This document shows positions 49,620 through 60,700 of a DNA stretch of 64,000 bases, piece by piece. Within the stretch, counting starts at the first letter, position 1. The number at the start of each line of letters is the position of its first letter. Source of the DNA: Alphaproteobacteria bacterium (GTDB lineage: Bacteria > Pseudomonadota > Alphaproteobacteria > Bin95); NCBI GenBank assembly GCA_965205265.1, contig CBDBGH010000003.1, positions 256,001-320,000 of the forward strand, read 5' to 3'. The notes under the pieces are model-generated. The model was not told the origin of the DNA. It made no database searches and saw only the letters and a list, made by a program, of their open reading frames with translations. Both the position numbers and the translations under genes were made by a program.

Positions 49620-50095
49620 ATCTGGCGCGCGCCATCCATTTCGACGAAAGCGACCTGCGCATCTTCCACAGCCCGGCGCGCACGGGCGAGTGGTGCGTTC
49701 CGGGCGGCTTCGAGTTCTCCAACTGGTCCGAGGCGGACCTTGTCGGCAAGGCGCGGCAGGCCTTCGCCAACGGGTGGCTCGGCGTCGAGACCTTCGGGCG
49801 CGTCACCTTCGTTGCCGTCACCGCGGTCCGCGAGGAGGAAATGGAAGCGCTGGCGGCGCGGCTCGCGGAGCATTTCGTCCAGGTTTACGGCGCGCCCTCG
49901 GTCGAGGCGGCGCTGCCCGTCGCGCAGGAGGAGCTGGAGCACATGGCCGAACTCTGCGAGGACCACGACCCCAACACCCTGCTCACCGTCGCGCGCGAAC
50001 TCACCGAAGCCGGCGTCCGCGAAAGCTTCCGCTCCATCAAACCGCAGGATGCCGGCCTCGAACAATTCGCCATCCACGGCGACCTGGAGGGGTGA
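49616..50095 (+). CDS. Conserved hypothetical protein (DUF6505-like)
   Basis: GTG at 49616 after GGAGGAG (GTGA overlap); LARAIHFDESD..F..PA..GEW.VPGGFEF, GKARQAFANGWLG, YGAP. Family name from memory. Confidence 0.65.
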   Translation: MNLARAIHFDESDLRIFHSPARTGEWCVPGGFEFSNWSEADLVGKARQAFANGWLGVETFGRVTFVAVTAVREEEMEALAARLAEHFVQVYGAPSVEAALPVAQEELEHMAELCEDHDPNTLLTVARELTEAGVRESFRSIKPQDAGLEQFAIHGDLEG

Positions 50096-50113
50096 GGGCG
50101 CCGGGGCGGCCCG

Positions 50114-50590
50114 TTATCCGTCGCTCTTCCCCAGCCACCGCGCCAGCGCCTTGTCCGGGTCGGTGATTTCCTCGACCGATGTGTACCAATGGTCCTCCCA
50201 GCCCTCGCCGGGGAGGCCGGCGAAGACCATGAGGTTGAGGGGGTATTGCTCGCTGTCGGTGCAGCGGCGGAAGTCGTCGCGGAAGAGGAAGACGGGCTTT
50301 TCCCACGCGAAGGCCAGGCCGAGCTCGACCATCACGCCCTCGTCCGGCGGGCAGCCGTTCACGACCGCAAAGAGTCCGTCCGCGTCCCTCACGTCGCGCA
50401 TGTCCGCCTGGGCGATGCGCCAGGCCCAGCCGGCTTCGGCGCGGTCGATCTGGTTGTTGCGCCGGAAAGGCTCCCACACCTCCGCCCCGGCCGCCTCCAG
50501 CGCCGCTTCCAGGGCGCGGAGCGGCCCCTCTTTCTGCTGCGCCGAGAAGCCGTAGGAGTTCGCCAGGTAAAGCGTCTTGCGCCGGCTCAT
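50114..50590 (-). CDS. Nucleoside 2-deoxyribosyltransferase / nucleotide N-glycosidase family protein
   Basis: LYLAN..GFS, D...V..AD, DEGVMVELG.A.A..KP (catalytic Glu), NLM. Confidence 0.8.
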   Translation of the reverse strand: MSRRKTLYLANSYGFSAQQKEGPLRALEAALEAAGAEVWEPFRRNNQIDRAEAGWAWRIAQADMRDVRDADGLFAVVNGCPPDEGVMVELGLAFAWEKPVFLFRDDFRRCTDSEQYPLNLMVFAGLPGEGWEDHWYTSVEEITDPDKALARWLGKSDG

Positions 50591-50625
50591 CTCCGCTTCC
50601 TTTCCCCGGGTCCCCGCCGGGCGCT

Positions 50626-51609
50626 TCAACCGTCGTTCAGATGGCAGGCCGAGAGCCGTCCGGGCGCGATTTCCTTCAGCGTCGGCGCTTCCTCGCGGCA
50701 GCGGGGCATGGCATGGGGGCAGCGCGGATGGAAATGGCAGCCCGTCGGCGGGTCGAGCGGCGAGGGAATCTCGCCCTTGACCGGCTCGTAGATGCGTCGG
50801 CGGGCGTCCAGCTTCGGCGCACCCGCCAGCAATGCCTGCGTATAGGGATGGTTCGGCCCGTCGAACAGCGGCCCGGTCGGGGCCGACTCGACCACGCGGC
50901 CGAGATACATGATGACCACCCGGTCGGAGATATGCTCGACGACGCTCAGATCGTGGCTGATGAACAGATAGGTGAGGTCGAGGTCGCGGCGCAGGTCCAT
51001 GAACAGGTTGAGCACCTGCGCCTGGATCGAGACATCGAGCGCCGCCACGGCTTCGTCGCAGACCAGGAATTCCGGGTTGACCGCGAGCGCGCGCGCAATG
51101 CCGATGCGCTGGCGCTGGCCGCCGGAGAACTGGTGCGGGTAACGGCGCTTGAAGGCCGGGTCGAGCCCGACGCGGCGCATGGTGGCGTCGATATAGTCGC
51201 TGCGCTCGCCCTTGGAGACGATGCCGTGGAGCAGCGGTGCTTCGCCCACAATGTCCTCGACACGCATGCGCGGGTTCAGCGAGGCGAACGGGTCCTGGAA
51301 TATCATCTGCACCTGGAGCGCGGCTTCGCGCGCTTCGCGGCCCTGCAGCGTCTTCAGGTCCCGGCCCCGGTAGAACACCGCGCCCTCGGTCGGCTCCATG
51401 ATGCCGGCGACGATGCGCCCGAAGGTGGACTTGCCGCAGCCCGATTCGCCAACGAGGCCGACCACCTCGCCGCGCTCGACCGCGATCGTCACGCCGTCGA
51501 GCGCATGCACGACCTCTTCGTGCACGTCGGCGCCGAGCCGGCCGGCGAGCCGGGCCGCCAGGTCGGGCGCCTTCACGAAGCGCTTGCTGACTGCTCGCGC
51601 TTCGATCAC
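50626..51609 (-). CDS. Peptide/nickel ABC transporter ATPase (DppF/OppF-like)
   Basis: GESGCGKST, FSGGQRQR, CDEAVAALD, HPYT, C.FHPRC. Confidence 0.93.
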   Translation of the reverse strand: MIEARAVSKRFVKAPDLAARLAGRLGADVHEEVVHALDGVTIAVERGEVVGLVGESGCGKSTFGRIVAGIMEPTEGAVFYRGRDLKTLQGREAREAALQVQMIFQDPFASLNPRMRVEDIVGEAPLLHGIVSKGERSDYIDATMRRVGLDPAFKRRYPHQFSGGQRQRIGIARALAVNPEFLVCDEAVAALDVSIQAQVLNLFMDLRRDLDLTYLFISHDLSVVEHISDRVVIMYLGRVVESAPTGPLFDGPNHPYTQALLAGAPKLDARRRIYEPVKGEIPSPLDPPTGCHFHPRCPHAMPRCREEAPTLKEIAPGRLSACHLNDG

Positions 51610-52589
51610 GACACCGCCTCGAATTGCGGGTGGTGACAGCGCAGTTCGCGGCCGGGCAGCGGATGCGAGGTCTCGGGTTCGACGATGCAGGCGTTGTCCG
51701 CTACCGGGCAGCGCTCCCGGAAGGCGCAGCCGGGCGTCAGGTTCAGCAGCGAGGGCGTCATGCCCGGAATCTGGAACAACCTGCCGCCGCGCGTATTGCG
51801 GCTCGGCACGGAGCCGATCAGCCCGCGCGTATAAGGATGCACCGGCCGGTCGATGATGTCCCCGGTTTCGCCCTGCTCGACGATGCGCCCCGCATACATG
51901 ACCGAGATGCGGTCCGCGATGCCGGCCACGACGGCGAGGTCGTGCGTGATCCAGATCATCGCCGCGCCGGCTTCGCGGCAGAGCTTCTGCGCCTCGTAGA
52001 GAATCTGTCCCTGGATGGTGACGTCGAGCGCCGTGGTCGGCTCGTCCGCGATGATGAGGTCCGGCCGGTTTAGCAGCGCGATGGCGATGGCGACGCGCTG
52101 GCGCATGCCGCCGGAGAACTGGTGCGGATAGGCCCGGAGACGCTCGTCCGGCGAGGGAATGCCGACCTGGCCGAGCGCGTCGCGCGCCATGCCGCGGGCC
52201 TCCTCCTTCGATACCCGATTATGCGCGAGCACTGCCTCGACCATCTGCGTCTCGATGCGCAGCACAGGGTTGAGCGTCATCATCGGGTCCTGGAAGATCA
52301 TCGCGATGCGGTTGCCGCGCAGATCGCGCATCCGCTCGTCGTCCAGCCCGACGAGGTCCTCGCCATTATGGAGGATGCGGCCTTCCACCACCCGGCCCGG
52401 CGGGTCCACGAGGCCGATGATGGAGAAACCGGTGACCGACTTGCCGGAACCCGACTCGCCGACAAGGCCCATGATCTCGCCGCGCCCGACCTCGAAGCTC
52501 ACCCCGTCCACGGCCTTGACGATGCCCGCCTTGGTGAAGAAATGCGTCTTCAGGCCTTCCACGGCCAGCGTGGCGTTCGCCGCGGCCAT
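51606..52589 (-). CDS. Peptide/nickel ABC transporter ATPase (DppD/OppD-like)
   Basis: [29 protein letters not shown]. Confidence 0.93.
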   Translation of the reverse strand: MAAANATLAVEGLKTHFFTKAGIVKAVDGVSFEVGRGEIMGLVGESGSGKSVTGFSIIGLVDPPGRVVEGRILHNGEDLVGLDDERMRDLRGNRIAMIFQDPMMTLNPVLRIETQMVEAVLAHNRVSKEEARGMARDALGQVGIPSPDERLRAYPHQFSGGMRQRVAIAIALLNRPDLIIADEPTTALDVTIQGQILYEAQKLCREAGAAMIWITHDLAVVAGIADRISVMYAGRIVEQGETGDIIDRPVHPYTRGLIGSVPSRNTRGGRLFQIPGMTPSLLNLTPGCAFRERCPVADNACIVEPETSHPLPGRELRCHHPQFEAVS

Positions 52590-52593
52590 GGGG

Positions 52594-53505
52594 CTATTTC
52601 TGCAATCGCGGGTTCAGCACGTCGCGCAGCTGGTCGCCCACCAGGTTGATCGAGACGATGGTGACGAGCAGCGCCACGCCGGGATAGACGCTGATCCAGT
52701 ATTTCATGCTCAGCATGTATTCGAAGCCGTTGGCGATCAGCAAGCCGAGCGACGGCTCCGTGATCGGCAGGCCGATGCCGAGGAAGCTCAGCGTCGCCTC
52801 CAGCGCAATGGCGTGCGCGGTCTGGACCGTCACCACCACGATCAACGGGGGCATGCAGTTGGGCAGCAAGTGGCGGAACAGGATCCGCCGGTGGCTGAGC
52901 GCGAGGCAGGACGCGGCGTCGATATATTCCTTCGAACGCTCGACCAGGGCGCTCGCGCGCACCGTGCGCGCGTAATAGGCCCACTGCACGGTCACGAGCG
53001 CGATCAGGATCTTGTCCACGCCCTTGCCCAAAACCGCCAGCAGCACCAGCGCCACCAGGATGGAGGGGAAGCTCAGCTGGATATCGACAATGCGCATGAT
53101 GAGCGTATCGACGCGCCCGCCGAAATAGGCGGCCGTCAGGCCGACGGCGCAGCCGATGGCCATGGCAATGACGCCGCTCATCACGCCGACGCCGAGGCTG
53201 ATGCGCAGTCCGTAGCAGATTGCGCTCACCAGGTCGCGCCCGGCGCCGTCCGTGCCGAGCCAGAAAACGCGTCCGTCGAAGGCCTCGGTGCCGGGCGGCA
53301 TATGGGAGTCCAGCACGCTCACCTGGGCGAGGTCGTAGGGGTCGGTCGGCGCAATCCAGGGCGCGAAGAGCGCGATGAAGGCGATGACCGCGAACACCGC
53401 GAGCGCCGCCGTCGCGATGCGGCTCTCGAAAAAGTCCGAGGCGAAGCGCCGGAACGGCGTTTCGACGGCGACGGCCTGCGCCTGCCTGTCGGTCCGGACG
53501 GTCAT
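52594..53505 (-). CDS. Peptide ABC transporter permease (DppC-like)
   Basis: LGTDGAGRD, EAA-loop EYIDAA..L...RILFRHLLPN, LSFLGIG; ATG 53505 overlaps the upstream stop. Confidence 0.92.
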   Translation of the reverse strand: MTVRTDRQAQAVAVETPFRRFASDFFESRIATAALAVFAVIAFIALFAPWIAPTDPYDLAQVSVLDSHMPPGTEAFDGRVFWLGTDGAGRDLVSAICYGLRISLGVGVMSGVIAMAIGCAVGLTAAYFGGRVDTLIMRIVDIQLSFPSILVALVLLAVLGKGVDKILIALVTVQWAYYARTVRASALVERSKEYIDAASCLALSHRRILFRHLLPNCMPPLIVVVTVQTAHAIALEATLSFLGIGLPITEPSLGLLIANGFEYMLSMKYWISVYPGVALLVTIVSINLVGDQLRDVLNPRLQK

Positions 53506-54479
53506 GCCCGGGCGTCCTGGAGGCGGACCCGCGGGTCCAGGATGGAATAAACGATGTCGACCAGCAGGTTGATGATGACGAACATCAGCACCACGATCAT
53601 GAGGTAGGCAACCACCACCGGCCGGTCGAGCTCGTGCAGGGAATCGATGATGAGCTTGCCCATGCCGGGCCACGCAAACACCGTCTCGGTGACCACGGAG
53701 AAGGCCACCAGCCCGCCGAATTCGAGGCCGAGCACGGTCACCACCGGGATCATGATGTTCTTGAGCAGGTGGACCAGCACCACCCGGCTTTCGCTCAGCC
53801 CCTTGGCGCGCGCAAACTTGATGTAGTCCTGGTGGATGACCTCGCGGGTGCCCGCGCGCGCAAGCCGGATAACGAGAGAGAGCTTGAAGAGCGACAGGTT
53901 GATCGCCGGCAGCAACAGGTGCTGCAGGCCGTCCCAGGTGAGGAAGCTGACCTGCATGCCGAGGAAGGGCACCGTGTCGCCGCGCCCCGTCGAGGGCAGC
54001 CAGCCCAGCATCACCGCGAACAGCATGATCATCATGATGCCGACCCAGAAGCTGGGCAGGCTGAAGCCCAGGATGGACCCCGCCATGATTGCCTTGGACG
54101 ACTTTGCCTCGGGCCGGAGCCCCGCAATGACGCCGAGCGGAATGCCGAGCACGATGGCGATCAGGAGCGCCGCGATCGCGAGTTCGAAGGTCGCCGGCAT
54201 GCGCTGCACGATCAGCTGCAGCGCCGGTTCGCCGAAGATGAAAGACTTGCCGAGATCGCCCTGGAGCGCATTGGCGACGAAATAGCCGTATTGCTCATGC
54301 ACCGGCCGGTCGAGGCCGAGGTCGCGCATCACACGCTCGATCTCGGCCTGGTCGGCCTCCGGGTTGATGAGCATGTCCACCGGGTCGCCGACGATGTTGA
54401 CGCCGACGAACACCAGCAGAGACATCACCGCGACGACGACCGAACTCTGCATCAGCCGCCGGATAATGAAGACGGTCAT
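53502..54479 (-). CDS. Peptide ABC transporter permease (DppB-like)
   Basis: GDLGKS, DYIKFARAKGL, TETVFAWPGMG, LDPRVR. Confidence 0.93.
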   Translation of the reverse strand: MTVFIIRRLMQSSVVVAVMSLLVFVGVNIVGDPVDMLINPEADQAEIERVMRDLGLDRPVHEQYGYFVANALQGDLGKSFIFGEPALQLIVQRMPATFELAIAALLIAIVLGIPLGVIAGLRPEAKSSKAIMAGSILGFSLPSFWVGIMMIMLFAVMLGWLPSTGRGDTVPFLGMQVSFLTWDGLQHLLLPAINLSLFKLSLVIRLARAGTREVIHQDYIKFARAKGLSESRVVLVHLLKNIMIPVVTVLGLEFGGLVAFSVVTETVFAWPGMGKLIIDSLHELDRPVVVAYLMIVVLMFVIINLLVDIVYSILDPRVRLQDARA

Positions 54480-54542
54480 GGAGCCTCGGCGCTTCCGCAG
54501 GGCGCGCGGACGGCGGCAGCGCCGCCGCCCGCACTTCTGCCG

Positions 54543-56132
54543 CTACTTGTCGGAGGTCACGCCCATCGCGATGGTGCGCTCGTCTGCCCGCGCGGTGTAG
54601 GACAGCCCCTTCTTCCCCGCCCAGGTGTTGACCTGGTAGTGGGTCGGGATGATGCCCTGGTTGCGCCCGATGGCGAGCTCCGTGGCCTCTTGCAGCAGCT
54701 TGAGGCGCGCATCGTCGTCCACCGTCGCGAGCGCATCCTCGATCAGCTTGTCCACCTCGGCGTCGGAATGCCGTCCCCGGTTGGAGGCGCCGAAGCCCCG
54801 GTCCTTGTCATAGGTGTGGAGCAGCGAACGCAGCGGCGACGACGACTCGCCGGTGCCCGAGCCCCAGCCGACGAGGATGAAACTGAACTCCGGCGACTTG
54901 TCCGGTCCGCCGCGGCTCGCGCGCCGGAAATAGACCGCCTTGGGCATGGTCTCGACCGCCGTCCTGATGCCGACGCGGGTCAGCATCTGGGCGACCGCCT
55001 CGCAAATCTTGGCGTCGTTGATGTAGCGGTCGTTGGGCCCGTGGATGGTGAGCTCGAACCCGTCCGGATAGCCGGCCTCGGCCAACAGCGCCTTGGCGCC
55101 TTCGGGATCGTAGGGCTCGGGCGAGAGGTTGGGCGTCACGCCGAAAAAGCCTTCCGGCAGCAATTGCCCTGCCTTGATGGCGACGCCTTCCATCACCCGG
55201 TCCACGATGGCATCGCGGTCGATGGCCTTGGAGATCGCCTTGCGCACGCGCACGTCCAGCAGCGGATTCTTGATGTCGCCGCCTCCGTTCGCCTTCACGA
55301 AAGGCGAATCTTCGCGGTACTGGTCCATGTGCAGGTAGATCACCCGGCTGGAAACGCCCTGGCTCAGCTGCACATTCTCGTCGCCTTTCAGGCGCGGAAT
55401 GTCGATGGGCGGCACATTGTCGATGAAGTCCACATCGCCCGCGAGCAGCGCGGCGACCCGGGCCGGGCCCGACTTGATCGGCTTGAAGACGATCTTGTCC
55501 CATTCGGGCTTCGCGTCGAAATAATCCTCGTTGCGCTCGATCACGAGCCGGTCGCCGGGCACCCATTCGACGAAGCGGTAGGGGCCGGTGCCCATGGCGG
55601 CCTTGCCGGAGTTGAAGTCCGCTGTGGTGACATCGGCGCCCACATCGGACGAGATGATTGGCGTCGCCGCCATATCCACCGGCATCAGCGGGTAGGGCCG
55701 CTCGGTGCTGATATGGATCGTATAGTCGTCCACCTTGGTGAAGGTCTTGCCCTTGAGATAGGTTGCGAAGCTTGAAGGCGAGTTGGGCACGTTGGGGGCG
55801 CGCTCGAAGGTGAACATCACGTCATCGGCGTTGAAGTCCGAGCCGTCGTGGAATTTCACGCCCTCGCGCAGCTTGAACTCCCAGGTGGTGTCGTTGATCG
55901 GCTTCCAGGACACGGCGAGGCCCGGCAGCAGCCGCAGCTTGTCGTCCTGCTCCACCAGGCGGCTGAAATAGTGCGCCGCCATCGAATTGTTCGGGCCGAG
56001 ATTGTGGTAGTGCGGGTCGATGGAGGACGGCTCGGCCTTCAGGCCGACGGTGAGCGTGCCGCCCTGTCCCCAGGCGGGCGCGGCCGCGAATGCGGCGAGC
56101 GCGCAGCCGATCAGGAGTTTCCGGAACTGCAT
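54543..56132 (-). CDS. Peptide ABC transporter substrate-binding protein (family 5)
   Basis: Signal peptide; SIDPH, LREGVKFHDGS, GTGPY, VRKAIS.AIDR, YDPE.AK.LLAEAGYPDG. Confidence 0.93.
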   Translation of the reverse strand: MQFRKLLIGCALAAFAAAPAWGQGGTLTVGLKAEPSSIDPHYHNLGPNNSMAAHYFSRLVEQDDKLRLLPGLAVSWKPINDTTWEFKLREGVKFHDGSDFNADDVMFTFERAPNVPNSPSSFATYLKGKTFTKVDDYTIHISTERPYPLMPVDMAATPIISSDVGADVTTADFNSGKAAMGTGPYRFVEWVPGDRLVIERNEDYFDAKPEWDKIVFKPIKSGPARVAALLAGDVDFIDNVPPIDIPRLKGDENVQLSQGVSSRVIYLHMDQYREDSPFVKANGGGDIKNPLLDVRVRKAISKAIDRDAIVDRVMEGVAIKAGQLLPEGFFGVTPNLSPEPYDPEGAKALLAEAGYPDGFELTIHGPNDRYINDAKICEAVAQMLTRVGIRTAVETMPKAVYFRRASRGGPDKSPEFSFILVGWGSGTGESSSPLRSLLHTYDKDRGFGASNRGRHSDAEVDKLIEDALATVDDDARLKLLQEATELAIGRNQGIIPTHYQVNTWAGKKGLSYTARADERTIAMGVTSDK

Positions 56133-56250
56133 GAGTGGTGCATCCTTCTGCTGCATCGGGTTGCCGGGTGGGCGAGGGCCGCCAGACCCGGCAAGGGTGG
56201 CACGATAGGGCGTCGGAGGCCCTGCCGCAATCGCCGCCGGCGCCCCTTCT

Positions 56251-57792
56251 TCACCAGTCGGGTGGCGTCCACTCGGCGTCCTCGTCCAGCGGATAGACGG
56301 GGCGCGGCAGGCGTTGCCAGCGGAAGCGGTCCAGCACCGGCGAGGTCAGCCCGGCCGTATCGACCTCGAAGACCTGCGAGGGCTTGAACCAGGGCATGAA
56401 GCCCGCGCGGAAATGGCCGCGCGACTTGACGCAGACAACCCGCGCCTCGGCGATATCCAGACCGAAGCTCTCGAAGAACATCGGGTCCGCGGTCTGGTGG
56501 CGCGCGCCGATGACGACGACGGTAATACCGTCCGGCCCGCCGATCTGCAGCGCGGCCGAAGGCCCGAGCTCCACCAGCCGGCCGCGCTGGATGCCGAGCC
56601 GGCCGACGAAGCGCCCATCCGTCAGCTTCAGCACCCGCGCGGGCGCCCGGAAGCCCTTGGAGAACTCCGTGTCGCCCTCGCGGTTGAACACGGCCTCGAA
56701 CGCCGCGCCCTCGCCGCGCTCATGCGCTTCCAGCGCCAGCGCGGGGTCGAAGAAGGAGCCGTAATAGACGCGCTTCGCACCCGCCTCGACAAGCGCCTTC
56801 AGCAGCCATGTCGTGCGCCCCTCGCCGCCGCCGCCCGGATTGTCGCCGGAATCCGAAAAAATGATGGCCGGCCGGGCAGGATCGCCTGCGGTTTCGAGCG
56901 CGAGCGCCGCCGCCGCCTCGACGGACATGAGCTCGCGCCGGAAGCGCGCGCGCATCGACCAGCCGTATTCCGCGATCTCGCGCGCGAGCGCGCGCGCCAG
57001 CGCCTCGTCCTCGCGCGCCGTCACCACGATGGCGATGCCGTTCTTGGGCGTATCCGAGAAGACGAAGCCGCCGAGAATCGTGACATTGACGATTTCGCCG
57101 CCCGACTCGCGCATCCGCCGCTGGCCATATTGGATCATGTCCGCATAGGGCCCCTCGGCGGTCAGCAGGGTCACGCTCGGCGGCGTCAGCGGCAGGCGGA
57201 TGAAGGCCGATTTCGGCCGCATGCCGGCAAGCATCATGCGCATGGCGAAGGCTGCTTCCTCGCCGCGCTGGCGCATATCGACATGCGGGTTGGTGGTGTA
57301 GCCGATCAGGATGTCGGCGGCCTCGACCAGGCGTTCGGAGAGGTTGGCGTGCAGGTCGTGCGTCACGATCACGGGCGTGTCCGGGCCCGCGAGCGCGCGC
57401 AGCCGGGCCACGATCTCGCCGTCGGGGTCGAGCGTCTCCGTCGTGGTCATGGCGCCGTGATTGGCGATGAAGACGCCGTCCACCGGGCCCGCCTCTGCCA
57501 GCATCGCCCCGATCCGTTCAAGGCAGCCGGCGATGAAGGGCCACTCCGCCGGTCCCCAGGGCGGGTTGTTGGCGAAGAGGAGCGGCACCGGCTCCCACGG
57601 GCCGGTCGCGTCCATCGCCTGCACGAAGGCTGCCATCTCGCGCGGCATGGCGGAGACCGGCGCGCGCGCGTCCGCCAGCAGCGCCTCGCCCTCGCGGTAA
57701 TAGTGCCGGCGGAAGTCGGCTTCCGTGGCCGGCGGGGCGAAGGCATTGCTTTCCAGCATGATGCCGAGCAGCGCGATGCGGGGCGGGCTCAT
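56251..57792 (-). CDS. M81 family metallopeptidase (MlrC-like)
   Basis: ESNAF, HGAM, HDLHAN, PHVD, DNPGGG, VKSRGHFRAGF, PRPVYPLD. Confidence 0.9.
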   Translation of the reverse strand: MSPPRIALLGIMLESNAFAPPATEADFRRHYYREGEALLADARAPVSAMPREMAAFVQAMDATGPWEPVPLLFANNPPWGPAEWPFIAGCLERIGAMLAEAGPVDGVFIANHGAMTTTETLDPDGEIVARLRALAGPDTPVIVTHDLHANLSERLVEAADILIGYTTNPHVDMRQRGEEAAFAMRMMLAGMRPKSAFIRLPLTPPSVTLLTAEGPYADMIQYGQRRMRESGGEIVNVTILGGFVFSDTPKNGIAIVVTAREDEALARALAREIAEYGWSMRARFRRELMSVEAAAALALETAGDPARPAIIFSDSGDNPGGGGEGRTTWLLKALVEAGAKRVYYGSFFDPALALEAHERGEGAAFEAVFNREGDTEFSKGFRAPARVLKLTDGRFVGRLGIQRGRLVELGPSAALQIGGPDGITVVVIGARHQTADPMFFESFGLDIAEARVVCVKSRGHFRAGFMPWFKPSQVFEVDTAGLTSPVLDRFRWQRLPRPVYPLDEDAEWTPPDW

Positions 57793-60700
57793 CGGGTTAT
57801 GGCCTCCGGTCCGGGGTCTCGTCCGGTCAATACGACCTGCCTTTCATCCGCGCGCCCTGTCCCCGCGAGGCGCCGCAGGTCCTGCCCGACAGCCAGCATG
57901 GCGGGCACGACGAACAGGATGAGCAGGGTCGCCGTCGCCAGGCCGGCCACGATGGTGAGCGCCACGGGAATCAGGAACTGCGCCTGCAGGCTGGTCTCGA
58001 AACAGAGCGGCAGCAGGCCGCTGATGGTGGTGAGCGAGGTCAGGATCACCGCGCGCAGGCGGTCGCAGGCCCCGTCCTCTATGGCTTGCAGCGGCGGCTT
58101 GCCTTCCTGCTCGTGGTCCGCGATCGCCACGATGAGCACGATGGAGTCGTTGATGACGATGCCGGAGAGCCCGATCATGCCGATCATCGACAGGATGGTG
58201 AGGTCGAAGCCGGTGAAGAAGTGGCCGAGCGAGACGCCGATGAAGCCGAGCGGCACCACCGCCAGCACCGCCAGCGGCCGGCTGTAGCTGCCGAAGATCC
58301 AGGCGAGCACCAGGAACATGCCGGCCAGCCCGATGGCGGCGCCGACGCCCATGTCGGCGAAGGTCTCGGCCTGCTCCTCCGCCTTGCCGGCGAAACGCCA
58401 TTCGAGGCCGGCATCGCCGGCGATTTCGGCGATGCCGTCCCGCCGGAGCGCGGAGAGCACCACATTGTTTGTAGTGACGGTCTCGTCCACCTCGGCCGTC
58501 ACGGAGACCTCGCGCCGGCCCCGCTCGCGGCGGATGACGTCGTAGCCGCTGGAGGGCGTCACCGTCACCACCGCGCTCAGCGGCACCTCGGTCCCGTTCG
58601 GGCCGAACAGGTAGAGCGCGCCGAGCCCGCCCGGATTGTCCTTCTGCCGGACCCTGACCTCGACCTCCTCGTCGCCCCTGGCGAAGCGCAGCGCGGTGTC
58701 GCCCTCGAGCGCGCTGCGCAGCTGGCTGCCCGCCCGCGCGATGTCGAAGCCCATCGCCCGGCCCGCCGGCGTCACCCGAAGCTGCATTTCCCGGTTGCCG
58801 TAGGCAAGGTTGTCGCCGATGGCGCTCACGCCCGGATATGAGGCGAGAAGGGCCTTGACGCGGCCGGCCGCCGCCTTGAGGTCGTCGAGATTGTCGCCGG
58901 AAAGGCGCACATCGATTTCGCGTCCGGGCGGCCCGCCGGTCGCGGCGCGGATGGTCAGCGCATCGGCCCCGACAATCGGCCCGTTGCGCTCCCGCCATGC
59001 CTGCACGAAGGCTTCGGTGCGCACGTCGCGCTTGTCCGAATCCACGAGTTGGACGACCACCGCGCCCACCGTGTCGTCGCGCTGGCGGGGGCCGAAATTG
59101 CCCTGGCTGCGTTCGATGCCCTGGACGACCAGCGAGGTATGCACCAGGCCGGGGTCGCCGAAGTCCTCGGCGGTGGCGCGGGCGCTCCGCTCGATCCGAA
59201 GAAGCCGCTCGAGGGTCTCCTCGGCGGTCGTTCCCGGAACCATGCGGAGGTTCGCGAAGATGTTGTTCGGCTCGACCGACGGGAAAAAGGTGAAGCCGAT
59301 GCGCCCGCTGGCCGCAATGCCGAGGCTGACCAGGAAGAAGCCGACCGCCAGCGCCAGCACCAGGTAGCGGTGGACGAGCGCGCGCGCGACCGTGCGCCGG
59401 AACGGCCCTTCGCGGAACCGGCGGAAGCCTTCGTCGAACCCCCGGCGGAAGCGCGAGGCCCGGCCCTCCGCGGCGGCCGCGGTCGCAGCGAGCGAATGGC
59501 GCAGATGGCCGGGCAGCACCAGGAAGCACTCCACCAGGCTCGCCACCAGCGCCAGCACGACGATGATCGGGATTTCCCGGATGATCTGCCCGATCACGCC
59601 GCCGATCAGAATGAGCGGCAGGAAAGCGGCGATGGTGGTGAGGCTGGAGGAGAACACCGGGCCCGCCATGCGCCGCGCGCCTTTCACCGCCGCCTCCAGG
59701 GGGCCGTCGCCCCGGCGCGCGCGCGTCTCGGCATGTTCGGCCACGACGATGGCGTCGTCCACGACCAGGCCGATGGCCAGGATGGTCCCGAACAGGATGA
59801 CCATGTTGATCGCGTGGCCCAGCGCCCAGGCGAGCGCCATGGCGGCGAGCAGGGCGGCGGGAATGCCGGCGGCCACCCACATCGCCGTGCGCGCGTTCAG
59901 GAAGACGAACAGCACGACCAGCACGATGACCAGGCCGCCGATGCCGTTGCGGACCAGCAGGTCGATGCGCTGGTCGATCAGCTCCGCCGCGGCGTCGTAG
60001 CGGTGGACCGCGACTCCCGGCGGCAGGGTCGGCACGAAACCGTCGAGGAACCGGTCGGCCGCCTCGGCCGTTTCCAGCGCATCGGCCGTCGTCGCCCGCT
60101 TGACGATGAGCTCGACCGCCGGGCGGCCGTCGAACCAGACCCGCGGCTGGTCCTCGTTCCAGGCTTCGCTGACCTCCGCAATTTCGCCCACCGTCAGCCG
60201 GCGCCCGTCCGGAAATGCCCGGACCTCGACGGCGGCGACTTCCTCGGCCGTCCGGGCGAGGCCGAGCGAACGCACCCGGGAGACCGAGCGCCCGCCCGTG
60301 TCGCCGCCCGGTATGTCGCGCGAGGCGCCCGCAATGCGGCTCGATATTTCCGATATCGGCAGGTCGAGGGCCAGCAGGTCCTGCTGGTCCGCCTCGACCA
60401 GGATCCATTCGTCGCGCGCGCCGACCATCTCCACTTCATCGACGCCGGCGCGGATCAGCCCGTCGCGTATCTGGGTCGCCCATGCCTTGAGCGTGCGCTC
60501 CGGCAGATCTCCGGCGAGCACGATGCGCAAGAGGTTCTCGTAGCGCACCACGCGCCGTATCCAGGGCGCCTCGCTGTCCTCGGGCAGGGTCGCGACGCGG
60601 GACACGGCCGCTTCCACATCAGCCAGCGCCGCCTGCATGTCCGTCCCGGCCTCGAAATCGACCCTTACGGTGGCGTGGCCCTCCTGGGAGTTGGAGATCA

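Noticed and set aside
56251-57792. Microcystin degradation pathway
   Set aside because: MlrC-like peptidases are widespread and no mlrA, mlrB or mlrD is present.
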